Origin: Selaginella moellendorffii
Lineage: Eukaryota; Plantae; Lycopodiophyta
Assembly: GCF_000143415.4 (NCBI RefSeq)
Contig: NW_003314333.1
Span: 124,001-188,000 of the forward strand
DNA length: 64,000 nt
Direction of reading: 5' to 3'
In this document: positions 1 through 12,229 of the stretch, in pieces
How the letters are laid out: each line of letters opens with the position of its first letter
How positions within the stretch are numbered: the first letter of the stretch is position 1
Program-made: the position numbers and the translations under genes
The notes under the pieces: generated by a model
What the model saw: only the letters and a program-made list of their open reading frames with translations
The model's database searches: none
What the model was told of the DNA's origin: nothing

Positions 1-3
1 AAG

Positions 4-765
4 ATGAGAGAATGGGACACAGTGTGGCTGCCAGTGGACGGCATTGAACTCTTCAAGAGAGATCCCATAACTGGGGAACCTATGTTTCCTCAGGGTTCCC
101 CACGGCCGATGCACCCGGATGGACTCAAAGACCAGGAAAGTATAGTGGCCGGGATTAGACAGCATATTGCCTTCTGGAAGAGGGGATTAGTGTTTGGTGG
201 AGAATCCTATTTTCAGAGGTGCAAGACTTTGATCGAATACTGGGAGAAGATTATATCTGCTATCCAAAATGGGCCGGTTGTATATGAAGAATTGGAAGAG
301 TCCTTTTGGCCAGAACCCAGAGCACTAGATAGTAGCGGAACAATGTCCTCTGGAAATGTAGTGACAGATAACGATGTTGAGGATCACTATTGTGGGCCGA
401 GGAACAAGAAGCCGGATTCAGCATTCAATCCAGTACAGGTCTGCAAAGGAATGGTCGTGCTTGTCAGACCCAGTAATAAAAAACAAATGATATGGGTGGG
501 GCGCTGCATCGCTGATGCAGAGGAGGACGTGGAAACTAACTCCTTCAATGTAACTATGGAGTGGTTCAAGCCAAGTTCCGGATGTACGAAGGATTGCCTA
601 GAAAAGAGATGGGTGCTGAATCCAAGGGATCCCAGCATGAGCATATCGGTGGATAATGTTGTGCATGGTTGGATGCGGAAGCAGAGTGCCACCATCACCT
701 TGCCAGACCATGCAAGAGATGCAGCAAGCGCATTCATAACCCGGGTTCAAGGTGAGATTCATTAA
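4..765 (+). CDS. C-terminal part of an uncharacterised, probably DNA-transposon-encoded protein (gene likely starts before the window)
   Basis: Stop-free 253-aa frame with a globular, Trp-rich composition (KGMVVLVRP...IWVGRC...MEWFKP...KRWVLNPRDP). It is followed by dispersed subterminal-type repeats. Resemblance to C-termini of DUF7869-type transposon proteins of non-seed plants is from recall, not a search. Confidence 0.5.
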   Translation: MREWDTVWLPVDGIELFKRDPITGEPMFPQGSPRPMHPDGLKDQESIVAGIRQHIAFWKRGLVFGGESYFQRCKTLIEYWEKIISAIQNGPVVYEELEESFWPEPRALDSSGTMSSGNVVTDNDVEDHYCGPRNKKPDSAFNPVQVCKGMVVLVRPSNKKQMIWVGRCIADAEEDVETNSFNVTMEWFKPSSGCTKDCLEKRWVLNPRDPSMSISVDNVVHGWMRKQSATITLPDHARDAASAFITRVQGEIH

Positions 766-798
766 TATTCCTTTACTAAGTTTCTAATGTATTTTATT

Positions 799-2192
799 TC
801 AAGGTGAACAATCCGAATCTGAATCAGAGGAGGCGTGATGGCATGTGGCCTTACGCCATTCCTAGGTGAGATGATACAAATAACAAGTGTAAATTCTTAG
901 TTGTTCTAGCAAATCTTACTTAAAGTTCAAGGTGAACAAGCCGAATATGAATTCATCGGATTGTTATAACAAATTGCGAGGTGATGGCATGAGGCAATAT
1001 GCCATTTGAGAGTGGTAGCCATTCCTATATGAGCTGAGTGAAATATTTATTAGAAATACCTCATTCAATTGTGCACTTCTAAGTCTTGGTCCACTCAGTA
1101 CTGTTTGCATGTTTTTATTTTAATTCTTTCTCTAAAATGTTATTTAGCATGTGGCTTCATGCCATTGCTCTCCTTTTCTATCCTTGCATAATACTTCTCC
1201 ATATATATAGCATGTGCGCACATGTGATATGGTTCATTAGGCCTGATATAGTGTGTGAGGTAAAACAAAGATGATGTGACATATGCATTTACCAATCACA
1301 CGTGCATAAATCTAATAATATGGCGTGTGGCCCATATTAATGGCACATAAACCCATATTGTGGGCTTACGTGCTTTATGTACCATCATTCCCTTGCAGCG
1401 TGTGTGTTGGTTTCCTTTTATAACACAACGAACTCCATATTTTAGGGTGAAGAGCGTTCTCATGGCAAGCACAAAATCTGTAAGTGAGGCAGAAAAGGAG
1501 ACGGAGAAGGAGATAGGTGAAGATGTAGAATATATAAGTCTTCCAAACTCCCCGTACTATACTCCAGGTGATCATTTTTCTGAACAAATGGCAACATTAA
1601 CAACTATCGAGAACGCCCCAGTAACGTCAAAGACAACAATTCAAAGCAAAACAACTGACCCGGAGAAGGATGATAGTACCGTTGAGAGTACCAAAAAGGA
1701 GGTGTCCACTAGCGCTTAGGCTTATAATGGTGTGTGCCCTCATGCCATTTACTTGATCACCAAATACCTTTTTCCCTTTGCACTAGTATATCTTAATACC
1801 GGTCTGAGAAATAGAATGGCATGTGCCCTTAGGCCTTTTACTAAATCACCTTTGAAAGAAATGCAAGCCTCTTTGTCGTAAAAAAAAGGTACTACAGAAA
1901 TTCCTTAATAATATGAATGTTATTTAGTTTCATGAAAATACACTAAGGGTCAAATGAGTTAAATGACTTCTCCAGACTAGCAATGCCTCTTGCTACACCT
2001 TCACAATTTGATTCGTTAGAAAAAGATAACATTGAATAATATCTAAATGTTCTCACCATTAAGTTATATGTCTGGCTAATAGGAATGACGTTCATCTTGG
2101 AAAGCTCACCACACGCTCAATGAACAAACAAATAGTGTGTGCGCGCATGCCATCGCTCTTCTTTAGCTTCAGATTCGGCTTGTTCACCTTGA
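799..2192. repeat. Dispersed direct and inverted subterminal-type repeats
   Basis: TCAAGGTGAACAA(T/G)CCGAAT(C/A)TGAA at 799-823 and 927-951, with its reverse complement at 2168-2192. Imperfect palindrome ATGGCATGTGCCCTTATGCCAT-like at 838, 984, 1727, 1816 and 2132. Confidence 0.75.
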
Positions 2193-2381
2193 CAATGAGA
2201 TTTATTATACAACCAGATGGACTCAGTCTGGACACAAAGTCACCGCTCTAGTCACCATGCCCCAGATATGTCTAGCCCTTGGACAAAAAACATATAATTT
2301 CACATCATTTTCAAATACTTGAAAATTTGTACCTAGTCCCATTTTACTGAACAAATCCCACTTTAACGAAATAGAGCTTTC

Positions 2382-3147
2382 CTCTCTCCTTGAGCCTTAT
2401 ATTCCCAGTCCTATTCCCAATCGGGTCATTCCTCCACCTCCACCAGTGCAGCTCAAGGATGGGTCTAAGTACGAGGTTCAGGACATCCTTGATTCCAAGA
2501 TTTCACAGTCTAAACTCTACTATCTGGTCGACTGGAAAGGTTACGGACCTGAAGAACGCACTTGGGAACTTGCAGACAACCTAATTCATTCTCCTGACCT
2601 TGTTCAGGACTTCCACCGCCGCTATCCTTCTCGTCCCAGTCCTCATTCTTTTTCTCCATCTCCCATCCCTCGCCGCTCATCTCATCCTCCTCATCGTTCT
2701 CATTCACATCCTCGTTCCACTCGTTCTTGAGGAGGGGGTGCTGTCAGGAATCCCCCAATTCTTGCCACATTCCTGACTCTCGCCGGATTCCTGACCTGTA
2801 GACCACATTCCTGATTCTCGAGACACTTCCCTATTCCTAACTCTCGAGACACTTCCCTATTCCTGACTCTCGAGACACTTCCCTTTTCCTGACTCTCTGA
2901 TTTCCTGTACGATTCCTGAGTCTCGAGCCTGATATTGATGTGGCGCCTCCTCGACCTCAATTATATTTAGGCTGTCCTCGATCTAAGAGTGGTGGAGCTT
3001 CATCAACCTATAGTATATATAGGTTAGCTTTGTTCCATTTCTCCACAATCTGAATCAACGCCAGTCTAAGGCCTCTTCTTTGTTTCCACTAGCTTTTCTC
3101 TTTGTCTTTTGCATTTTCCAATCTTGATCTTGTTGGGGGTTTTGACA
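2382..3147 (+). mobile_element. 3' end of a chromovirus (Ty3/gypsy, Tcn1-like): integrase tail with chromodomain, PPT and 3' LTR
   Basis: SLLEPY...PPPPVQLKDGSKYEVQDILDSKISQSKLYYLVDWKGYGPEERTWE is a chromodomain. PPT GAGGAGGGGG at 2729-2738. LTR 2742-3147 bounded by TGTCA...TGACA, with TATA near 3010. Family A gag resumes at 3148. Confidence 0.9.
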
Positions 3148-3746
3148 ATGATTGTCAATGATGATCATATATGCCGTGACTTCTTGCAATCTCTCGAAGG
3201 CAAAGCGGCAACTTGGGCAGATTCTCTCCTTCCAAAGGACCGGACAGACTTCCAGATACTACTTGCTTCTTTTAGAGAACGTTTAGTGGAAGAAAAACCC
3301 ACAAATCGGCTACTTGTCAACCTCTTTTCGTTCTGGCAGGGTGCTCACGAGTCTGTTCCTGACTACATCACCTAGTTTGGAGCATACTGGAAGCAGTCTT
3401 GGGATCGCAGAGTGGTCCAAGATGAGCAACAGGGGATCACAGCATTCATAGCAGATCTGCATGGGAACTTGCAGCGGAAACTTCTTAAGAAGACATTTAG
3501 GTCTTGTCGCGAGGCATTTTTGTTTGCCTCGAAGCTGGAAAGAGAGCTTCTTGTTGACCTGGGGATTGCTAGAGTTGATTTCAACCAACCCATCACCCCG
3601 TCAGAGTCACCTTGTGCAGTTGTTCGCCTGTCCACAACAAAGCCCATCGCTATTGAGCATACACCTCCGGCTATTGAGAACTTTGCCAACGAGATGCGGC
3701 AGCTGAAGGAGATCATTCTTCAGCAACAATCACACCAGGACAAACT

Positions 3747-5488
3747 TGTGAGACACAAAATCCCTAGGCCCAAAGTGGAGCTGGAAGGGTGCCATGTGGT
3801 GGTGGCCAAAGCGAAAACCAAACGAGCATAACACGTTTGGACTAAAAGCTCCGACTTGAAAGGTCGACAGCGGGAGTGGAACTCCCAACGAAGTGCTCAA
3901 GGAACGAGCACGAAGCGAGCAATAAGCAAGGCTCCAAAAAGGGACCCAAAAGGACCAACACGTGACACCTGGAAGTGTCCGAGATGGACCCGAGTTGGGG
4001 TCTGAAGTGGAGTCCGAGAAGGACCCCGAGATGGAGTTCGAGATGGAGTCCGAGATGGAGTCCGAGGTGGACCCGAGATGGACCCAAGATGGAGTCCGAG
4101 ATGGAGTCCGAGATGGAGTCCGAGGTGGACCTGAGATGGACCCGAGATGGAATCCGAGATGGAGTCCGAGGTGGACCCGAGATGGACCCGAGATGGAGTT
4201 CGAGATGGAGTCCGAGGTGGACCCGAGATGGACCCGAGATGGAGTCCGAGATGGACACGAGATGGACTCCAAGATAGACTCTGAGATGGACCCGAGATGG
4301 AGTCCGAGATGGACCCGAGATGGAGTCCGAAGTCGAGATCGAGACCGAGATCGGGACCGAGACCGGGACCAAGACCGAGACCGAGACTGGGACCGAGACC
4401 GAGACCGAGACCGAGGCCGAGTCCGAGTCCGAGTCCAAGTCCGAATCCGAGTCCGAGTCTGAGTCCGAGTCCGAGTCCGAGTTCGAGTCTGAGAGGGTGA
4501 AAGCCCAAAGCGTTCGTCTCCCAGACCCTGGGGGGTTTGGTGAGCTCCAAAAGTATAGTAGGGGGGAGGACTGCAGTGGAGCCAGTTTGGCCAGGAAAGG
4601 CCAGTTTGGCCCAGGAAGGCCAGACCCAGTGTTGGGTGATGAGCTGCCCACTGGGAAGTCCAAGACTAGAGTGAACATGGACCGACAAGCGGGGTAGCTT
4701 GGTGAAGTGTTCAAGAGCCGGCTCTAGTTCCCCCGGGAGATCGACTGGCCGATGCTCCCAGTCCAAGTGTGGGTGGCACTACCTACTTGGATACCTGTCG
4801 TGGCTCAACGAAACCTCGCTCTAAGCCCATGGCTAGAGCACCTAAAGGCGAAAGGCGGGGAGAGTACCCATGAGGCTTGCATAAGGCCACGGTGTTCCAA
4901 AATGTTGCCCCAAAGTCCCAAACATTGAAAGGGAAGAGAAGTAGGCCTCTAATGCAGTGACCAAGGATATGGTCACATGGTGAGGAAGTCCCAAAGGATA
5001 GTGGGACTTAGCGGTCAGGCCTACAGGCCTTGATCCAGTGGCAGTGTTGGCGAACACGGTCATGGACTAAAAGGGACTTGGTGGGGACTGGAAAAGAGTT
5101 GTTGGGGAAGGCTAGTCCCCATGTCTGCGGGCATCCTAAGGATGCTAAGGAGTGGATCTGGGATGATCGCTCATGGACAGATGGCCCAGTCTTTGAGAGA
5201 CGGGATTATGATGCAGGTGGCATTAGACCACCGGTGTGACCAAGGTGAATGGGCATGGCCTAGCGTAACGGGCTGGTATGTCGGTGGTACCTTGCGGTGT
5301 CGGTCATGGGATCAGACATGTGGAGCACTTGGACCAAGTGCAAAGGTTGAGTGGCATGGATGCCATTCTCAGGGCTGGCAAGCCCCAAGTCCTAACTGGG
5401 ACTTATGGAGGTTGTGAATGAGACTCCTCCAAGTGGTCGGAGGTGCAGTGAAGTGACTAAAGTAAAAAGGAAAAATTAGTCACTTACA
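3747..5488 (+). mobile_element. Solo LTR, family B (1742 bp), TSD AAACT
   Basis: TGTGAG...CTTACA. AAACT at 3742-3746 and 5489-5493. Removing it restores gacaaactgctc as seen in A2 at 34943. Confidence 0.95.
3977..4490 (+). repeat. Minisatellite inside LTR B: 12-bp GAGATGGAGTCC/GAGATGGACCC units, then 6-bp GAGACC and GAGTCC units
   Basis: Visible tandem array. It explains the overlapping low-complexity ORFs in this region. Confidence 0.95.
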
Positions 5489-5938
5489 AAACTGCTCCAG
5501 GAGCTGGTGGAGTCCAGGAAAGAGGCCACTACAGCTCAAGAACACAGATTTAAGTCCCGTTGGTGCACTCACTGTGAGACAAACATACACAACACGCAGC
5601 GCTGCTTCAAGCTTCACCCAAAGCTTCGGCCTCCACCTTCCCAACATGTCCAATAGCGTCCCTTTGCTGATAATTCCACATCATCTCAGGGTCCCAAGAC
5701 ATATCAGGAGCAGTTGGAGCGACAAGCAATTGAGGCAGCCCCTTCATCAAGCAAAGGCAAGGCACCAGCCTCATCAGTCAACACGATTTTGGTAGCTGAG
5801 GAACTCTATAGGCAACAGCAGGAAACCGCAGCCACTCGAGCCCAAGCAAAGAAGAAGGCAGCCGCTTAGCCTGGGATCGATCCCCTGGCGTCGGTTGAGA
5901 GTGAATCTCTGTCGGCACCAAATCTAGTGACATAGAGG

Positions 5939-6625
5939 GTGGCTTGTAAACTCCCCTTCAAGTCACTACTCTCTTCTTCTTTTGATATCTCACCAACAGC
6001 TACTCCTATTCTGGAGCTGGTTCTTCAACAGTTGGTCGACACTCCCGTCACCTTTTCGCTCCGAGACATGTTGTGTCTTGTCCTAGGATTCGGCCAGCGT
6101 TTAGAGGAGTTTGTACAGTCAGGAACACTAGAGAGCACTCCCAAGAGGACTCCTCAAGAGATGCACATTGTCGACATAACAAGATATGGTGGAGATCCTG
6201 GTCCGTTCTTCGTCCCAGTGCAGATTGGTACTTCCTCTTGTAAGATGGATGTTTTGGTTGACTCTGGTTCTGGAAGCAACATTATCTCTCTCAAAGTTGC
6301 CCTTTCAGCACAACTACAGATCACTGAGAGCTCCTCCATCGTGCTCAAGACCTTCGCCAACCACACTATTCCTCTAACGGGCATTTGCTGTGGTGTCAAG
6401 GTCTCAGTGCAAGGTGTTATTTCTAAGGTAGATTTCCTCGTGGTTGACTACCAACGTCTAGGAACGTCCTCTTTGAAGGACTCTATCATCCTTGGCCACT
6501 CATGGCAAGTCACAACCCATTGCACAATCGACAGCGCAAAAGGCGAGATGGAAATTAGCGATGGAACCCATAGCGCCACCTTTCTCAACAACCACGGCAG
6601 AGCTCTTTCTCAGCAAGCCCAGTAG
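5939..6625 (+). pseudogene. Aspartic protease region of A1
   Basis: MDVLVDSGSGSNII...IILGHSW retropepsin motifs. Confidence 0.85.
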
Positions 6626-7428
6626 GCTCAGACTAAGATGGCCTCCACACCATACTTTCCTCCTGAGCTCACAGAGGCTTTTCCCGAGCTGGCCGTGGAG
6701 TCGACCATCTATAGGATGGATTCTTTCTCATGCAACGCGATTGACATGGTTGGAGGTGAGCCAGATAGCTCAAGAAATCTCTCAACCTCACTCTCTTTAT
6801 TTGAGAGTAAGGCCGAGCCTCTAGCCACGCCCTCTTTATTTGATGGCGGGGCTTATAGAGTATGGTTTCCTACATCCAGCTTTCTGGAGTGTTTCTCGAT
6901 AGAGGAAGGGCTTCTCGATTCATTCCTTGCATGGGACAAACTCCCTCTTATGGAGCTTGACGACACAGTCACTCCAGACCAGACCCATCTTTCGCAGGAT
7001 ACAACCGAACTCAATCCTCCTCAGCAACTATCTGAGGTGTCACACAGCCAGCATCTTCCTACTAAAATTGTGGTAGCTGATGACTCCAAGCATATTCTGT
7101 CATGCCTTTTGTTGGAGATGGAAGAAGACATCCAGACACACAACTGGCAGAAAGAATCAAGCCAATCAGACGTGCTGCATGCAAGTTATAGCACTTTGAG
7201 TTCAAAATTTCCTACCATGGAGCCCCCAGTACAGGTCAAAGTGTATTACACTGAAACTTCAGCACCAAACTTGGACTGGACTTCGGTGGAGGATCTTCAC
7301 TTATAGAGTACTTGGCTACAGTCCTTGCATTGGACATTGAGGGCTCAGAGCATCAGAAGCAAAGAGAACAACAGCCAATGTCTCCGGATCCCACAGCAAC
7401 GTTCTTACCAAACTCACCGTAGACGGTC

Positions 7429-7875
7429 TTGCCGGATGTGGTGTGCCCAGCATCTTTATTTGAGGAAGAGGACACTCCTATGATTACGGCTTATTTTGAT
7501 GGTGCTTTCTGCCCCAAAAACCAGGTTGCCGGCATCGGAGTTTGGATGATTGATTCTGCGGAGAACAAAGTAGCCGACCTCTTTATCACTTTGCCAGCAA
7601 CATCAACTAATGAAGTAGAGTATTTGGCGGCTATCAGTGCCATGAAGTTGGCCACAGATCTCAAGTTTAGGCGAGTCACTTTCATTGGAGATAGGCAACT
7701 CATCATACGCCAACTTACTGGAGAATACCAAGTCCGCAAAGAGAACCTGAAAGAGCTATGGCAGCGGGCGGTCAACTTGAAGGATGAGTTCTCTCAGGTG
7801 GCTTTTCAAAGTGTCCCTCGTGAAGAAAACTTTTGGGCGGACAGGTTATCACACCAAGCAATCACCATGATGTGA
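7429..7875 (+). pseudogene. Additional (archaeal-type) RNase H of A1, upstream of RT
   Basis: YFDGA...TNEVEYLAAI...FIGDRQLII...VPREENFWADRLS, with the D-E-D-D residues present. Confidence 0.9.
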
Positions 7876-8099
7876 GAGGCAAAAGGCACTACCTGCTCTT
7901 TGGTTTCCAAAGTCAGGGAGGAATCTATGAGAGACGAGGTCCCTGAGCCCAAGGTGTCTCCAGACTCCAGGGTTCATGCTGTTTTCCTAGGTGATGACAA
8001 AGACCTGGTCTTTATTGCCACATTGCTTGATTCAACAAATGCAGCAAAGCTCTTGGATCTCCTCCACTGGTGGACGTGTTTGCTTGGGACTACAGCCAG

Positions 8100-10685
8100 C
8101 TTCTAGGAGTTCCCATGGACACAATCATGCATAGTATTGTGCTTTCAGAGAAAGCCAAACCAGTCCGTCAAAAGATGCGACGTTTCAGCCCGGTAGCTCA
8201 CTTTGAGATGTAGTTGGAGATCGAGTGACTTTTGGCAGCCAGCTTTATTTACCCTTTGGAGAGCTCAAAGTGGGTAGCCAATCTTGTCCCTGCACGCAAG
8301 GCAAATGGAAAACTCCACCTTTGCATTGACTTTCGAGACTTGAACAAGGCAACTGCAAAAGATCACTTTCCAACTCCATTTATCGATGTGATTGTGGATG
8401 AGATGGCTGGACACCATTACTACTCTTTCATAGATGGCTTTTCAGGGTACAACCAGATCTTCATTCATCCCGATCATCAAGATCTTACGGCCTTTCGGAC
8501 ACCTTGGGGCGTCTTCGCTTTCAACGTCCTCCCGTTTCGCTTGTGTAACGCCGGAGCTACGTTTCAGCGCTTTATGACCCACGTCTTTTATGACTTGATT
8601 GGAGGCACCTTAAGGGTGTATATGGATGATCTGTGCACAACCTCTAACTCCTTTGAGGACCACCTTGTGCACTTGGAGCAGATCATCACTCATTGCCGAC
8701 AACACAAGTTTTCATTGAACCCAGTAAAGTGTAAATTCGGGGTGACTGAAGGCCGGTTGCTGGGCTTTGATGTCTCATAGGAAGGGATCAAGCCCCAGGT
8801 AGCCAAGGCTCAGGAGATTCTAGATCGGAACCCACCAACCAACGTGAAGCAACTTCGTAGCTTCCTTAGGCAAACGGGTTTCTTTCACTGTTTCCTCCAC
8901 AACTATGCTGCACGTTCACGGCCCTTGATAGCTTTGCTACAACACAATGTTCCATTTGTCTGGGGTGAGTCCCAGCAACAAGCCTTTGAATCACTGAAGC
9001 AGTCACTCCGCACGGCCCCGGTACTCCAACCACCAGAACGACAACTTCATTTTGACATTTACATCACAACGGGTACAGAGGCTTTTGGAGTATGCCTTTG
9101 CCAATGTTCACAGCATGGCAAGCCACCACATGCAACATATTATGCCTCACATTCGTTCAAGGAGACTGAGAAGAAGTACGTGGATGTAGAAAAGGAAGCA
9201 ATGGCTGTTGTTTACACCTTGGAGTGATTTCGTCACTTTCTCGCTAGAGCCCGTATCCATTTCCTCGTCTATTTTAATGTGCTGACCTTTCTTTTACAGT
9301 GACCGGTCCACAGTCCTCGTACTTTATCCTGGATTGTGACCATCCAAGAGTTCTAGCCAACTTTTCACATGCGGCGGAAGTGTGTGATGGATCCGAACAA
9401 GTTCCTAGTTGCCGAAGCTACTTCCTTTGTGGTCCCAGCAGCATTACAGGACATTGTGGTGTACCTGGATTCAGGTCAGTTCCCAGCGGATTCCTCACCA
9501 GTACAACAAAAGGCATTGGAGATCCGAGCATGGGGGTTTTGCCTTCTCGACGGACACCTTTACAAGAGGACTTCTCATGAAGTTTTATTGCGGTGCGTGG
9601 GTGAACAAGAGGCCCCTGAGCTCCTTCACGCTTTCCACTCTTGTGCGGGGCATTTCTCGGGACAAGTCACAGCACAACTCCTCTTGCGCCATGGCTACTT
9701 TTGGCCTCGGATTCACTAGGATAGCTTGGCCTATGCAAAGGCATGTGAGCAGTGCCAACAGTTCAACCCCCAGAGCCATGTTCCATGTCTTCCTTTCCAA
9801 CTTATTATTTCTCCGGGTCCCCTTTTCCAGTGGGGACTTGACTTCATCGGCCCGATCAACCCACCGAGCTCAAAAGGACAGCGATACATCATCGTGGCGA
9901 TAGACTATTTCACAAAATGGGTTGAGGCCACCCCTCTATGACAAGCAAATCAACACTCTACAGCAAAGTTTGTCTACAAGTACATCATTTGCCGATTTGG
10001 AGTTCCTGCTGTTTTGGTTTCCGATCGTGGCAGCGGCTTCCTTGGACAGGTAATGCAGCATCTTCTCCAGCAGCTGCAGGTCAAGCATGTGAAGAGCAGC
10101 AGCTATTATCCTGAGTGCAATGGCCAGGCGGAGTCCAGTAACAAGATATTGAAGACAGTCATCTCAAAGCTTGTGGAGGATCACCCAAGTCGTTGGCACA
10201 AGCACTTGGTTACGGTGTTGTGGGCCTTTCAGACGTCCTTCAAGACATCCATCTCCGTGACCCCATTCTCCCTTGTCTATGGGACAGAGGCCGTACTTCT
10301 AGTGGAGATCCAGGTGCCATCACTCTCACTTTCACTTTGATACGCAGCAGCGATGCAGCTTAGCAATGAGAACAAGCTTCATGCACGTGACTTGGAGGTT
10401 CTTGCCTTGGAAGAGCAGCGATGATCCACATTGGAACATCTCCTTCGAGGCAAGCAGAAGCTCAAGTCAGTCATTGATCACCAGCAGTCTACCGAACCAT
10501 TCGAGGATGGCAACCTCGTTCTACTCAAGGAGTTTATGCCACCTTCAAAGTTCTCCCCTTGCTGGACCGGCCCCTACTTTGTCCAGCGACACATCGGAGG
10601 TGGAGCATATGTGCTAGTTGATGCTAATGGACGTGAGCTCCCACATGCTCACAACCACTCTCATCTCAAACGCTTCATCCGGTGA
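8100..10685 (+). pseudogene. RT, degenerate RNase H and integrase of A1
   Basis: CIDFRDLNKAT, DGFSGYNQI, YMDD. The RH has FDIYITTG where TDAS is expected. INT has an HHCC region (FHSCAGHF...CEQC), a DDE core and a GPY motif, and no chromodomain. Confidence 0.9.
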
Positions 10686-10977
10686 GTCGGTGAGGCGTTT
10701 CTCTTCTCTTCTTTTTCTTCCTTTCTTTCATTTTACTTTCATGGCTACTTTTCTTACTTTCAGAAGGTGTTTCTCCATTGGACCATAGCCCATACCTTGG
10801 ATTTCGCACTCAGGCTGCATTGCCGTTTGTATGAAGGTTCCTCGCTTGGCTCAGTCTATGTTCCAGGTTCTTTGGCCCTTCCCTTACCATTACTACACCC
10901 CACACATTCCCCTCACTCATTCCATATCATTTACACTCACAGTTCCATCACCAATCACTTCCAGCAGTGTTGCCCAC

Positions 10978-11795
10978 TGAAATGAACAAGAGAGCGAACC
11001 CTAGGCCAACCTCCCAACCCTTAAGGCATTATGGCCTTAAATCCCACAGGCCATTCTCAGAATATTCCTGTGGTTCGTAGATTGCATGTGAGAAAGCCAT
11101 ATTGCTTTCTTTCTTTCATGGCCATTTGTCGCGACGTTGGTGTTGCCATTTGCACATCTTTTCTCCATGGCTGTATTGCCTTGGACTGCCTTCATGTGAG
11201 GCTCGTTTAGCTTCTTGAGGCTGCCGTATGTGGCTGGGTCATGAGGGAGGGGAGAATGACAGTACCATTCCATATTTAGTAAGTTTTGTGATTATCCCAA
11301 AGATTAACCCCTGGTAATAAGGGTGGCTAAAGGTGAAAGCATGTATTCCTCAAGGGGAGCGTTTCCAAATATATACAACTTAAGCCCAAGCTCCATGCTA
11401 CTTTATTCAATGGGGTACTTTCCTTCCTGCATTAGGCCATCAGTATGCCAAAATTATGCTAGACACCATTTGACACTATTTAGCATGCAAGTGTTAGATA
11501 TGGAAAGCTGGTGCTCATGGGATTGAAAGTGTACCAGATGTAAGCTCTTGAGTTTGAGCTTCCCAAAAAATCACCCAATTTAGTACTTTTCAAACCCAAG
11601 GATGTTTAACCCCAAATATTTCAAAACCCTTAACTAATTGGAAAAGGGGGTGCACTTTTGTTCATGGGCCTTTTCCTTTTATATTTGAACTTTTATGGAT
11701 TCTTTTTCGAGTCATTCTCTTTGGTTGCTTACACCAGACCTTTGTTTCGTAACGCAACAGGCTTGGAGTTCAGCTCCAAATTCATGTGCACTATA
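10978..11795 (+). mobile_element. LTR related to family C, truncating the 3' UTR of A1
   Basis: 11266-11530 and 11734-11795 match LTR C (56528-56957), ending TCCAAATTCATGTGCACTATA versus TCCAAATTCAGGTGCGCTACA. No matching TSD. Confidence 0.7.
11539..11733. mobile_element. Small solo LTR (195 bp), TSD CCAGA
   Basis: TGTAAGC...GCTTACA perfect 7-bp terminal inverted repeat. CCAGA at 11534-11538 and 11734-11738. Confidence 0.88.
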
Positions 11796-11937
11796 GATAG
11801 GATCCTAACACTCTAGCTATACCTCTGATCATGGCACTAGATGGTATGCTCCTCCATGCTCTAAGTTGCTAATCAATGTTTTTTTTATAAAACATAATTT
11901 GGCTCACTATTGAGTATATCTATCTTTGTTTTACATC

Positions 11938-12101
11938 TGTATGGCATATGTGATTATAGGATGAGATTTGAATATACTATCACCATAGGTCTTAGAACTT
12001 TGGGACATAAATAGGGATAAAATAGCCATTAAAGGCTCTCTCATCAAACAATTACCCCTTTTACAATTAAGTTTAAGAAGAGAGAGATATAGTGCATTAC
12101 A
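11938..12101 (+). mobile_element. Solo LTR of TRIM family D
   Basis: Reverse complement of the 162-bp LTRs at 36122-36283 and 22466-22626. TSD imperfect. Confidence 0.85.
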
Positions 12102-12229
12102 ATCTGGCTTGGGTCTAAGTATAAGTTCTATACCATATTAGCTAGTGGAGTGCTTATATCTTCATGTTAGGCCACCATTATACTAAAATAGTATTAAACT
12201 CCATTCGGCTTTATTTTATATACTCCATC

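Larger units (their letters stand above)
3148..10976 (+). mobile_element. Family A non-chromovirus Ty3/gypsy (Tat-like), copy A1, decayed; gag-PR-aRH-RT-RH-INT, both ends missing
   Basis: gag fragments 3148-3746 and 5494-5940; PR LVDSGSGSNII; aRH YFDGA; RT YMDD; INT QWGLDFIGP...SDRG...NGQAE...GPY. Colinear with copies at 32.7-36.0 kb and 46.1-55.0 kb. Many stops. Confidence 0.92.

Noticed and set aside
1360-1719. 119-aa ORF between the inverted repeats
   Set aside because: Low-complexity Thr/Glu/Lys sequence with no motif; cannot be supported as a gene.
3977-4490. CRISPR-like regular repeats
   Set aside because: Units are contiguous with no unique spacers, there are no cas genes, and the context is eukaryotic.
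4494-4680. Hammerhead ribozyme (retrozyme) in LTR B or C
   Set aside because: GAAA hairpins and TGATGAG occur, but I found no CTGANGA...GAAA core with three supporting stems.
3730-4766. Long overlapping ORFs with SD, ES, RD and LG repeats (also 16400-17487)
   Set aside because: Products of the LTR B minisatellite: open in many frames on both strands and lying inside TSD-flanked solo LTRs.
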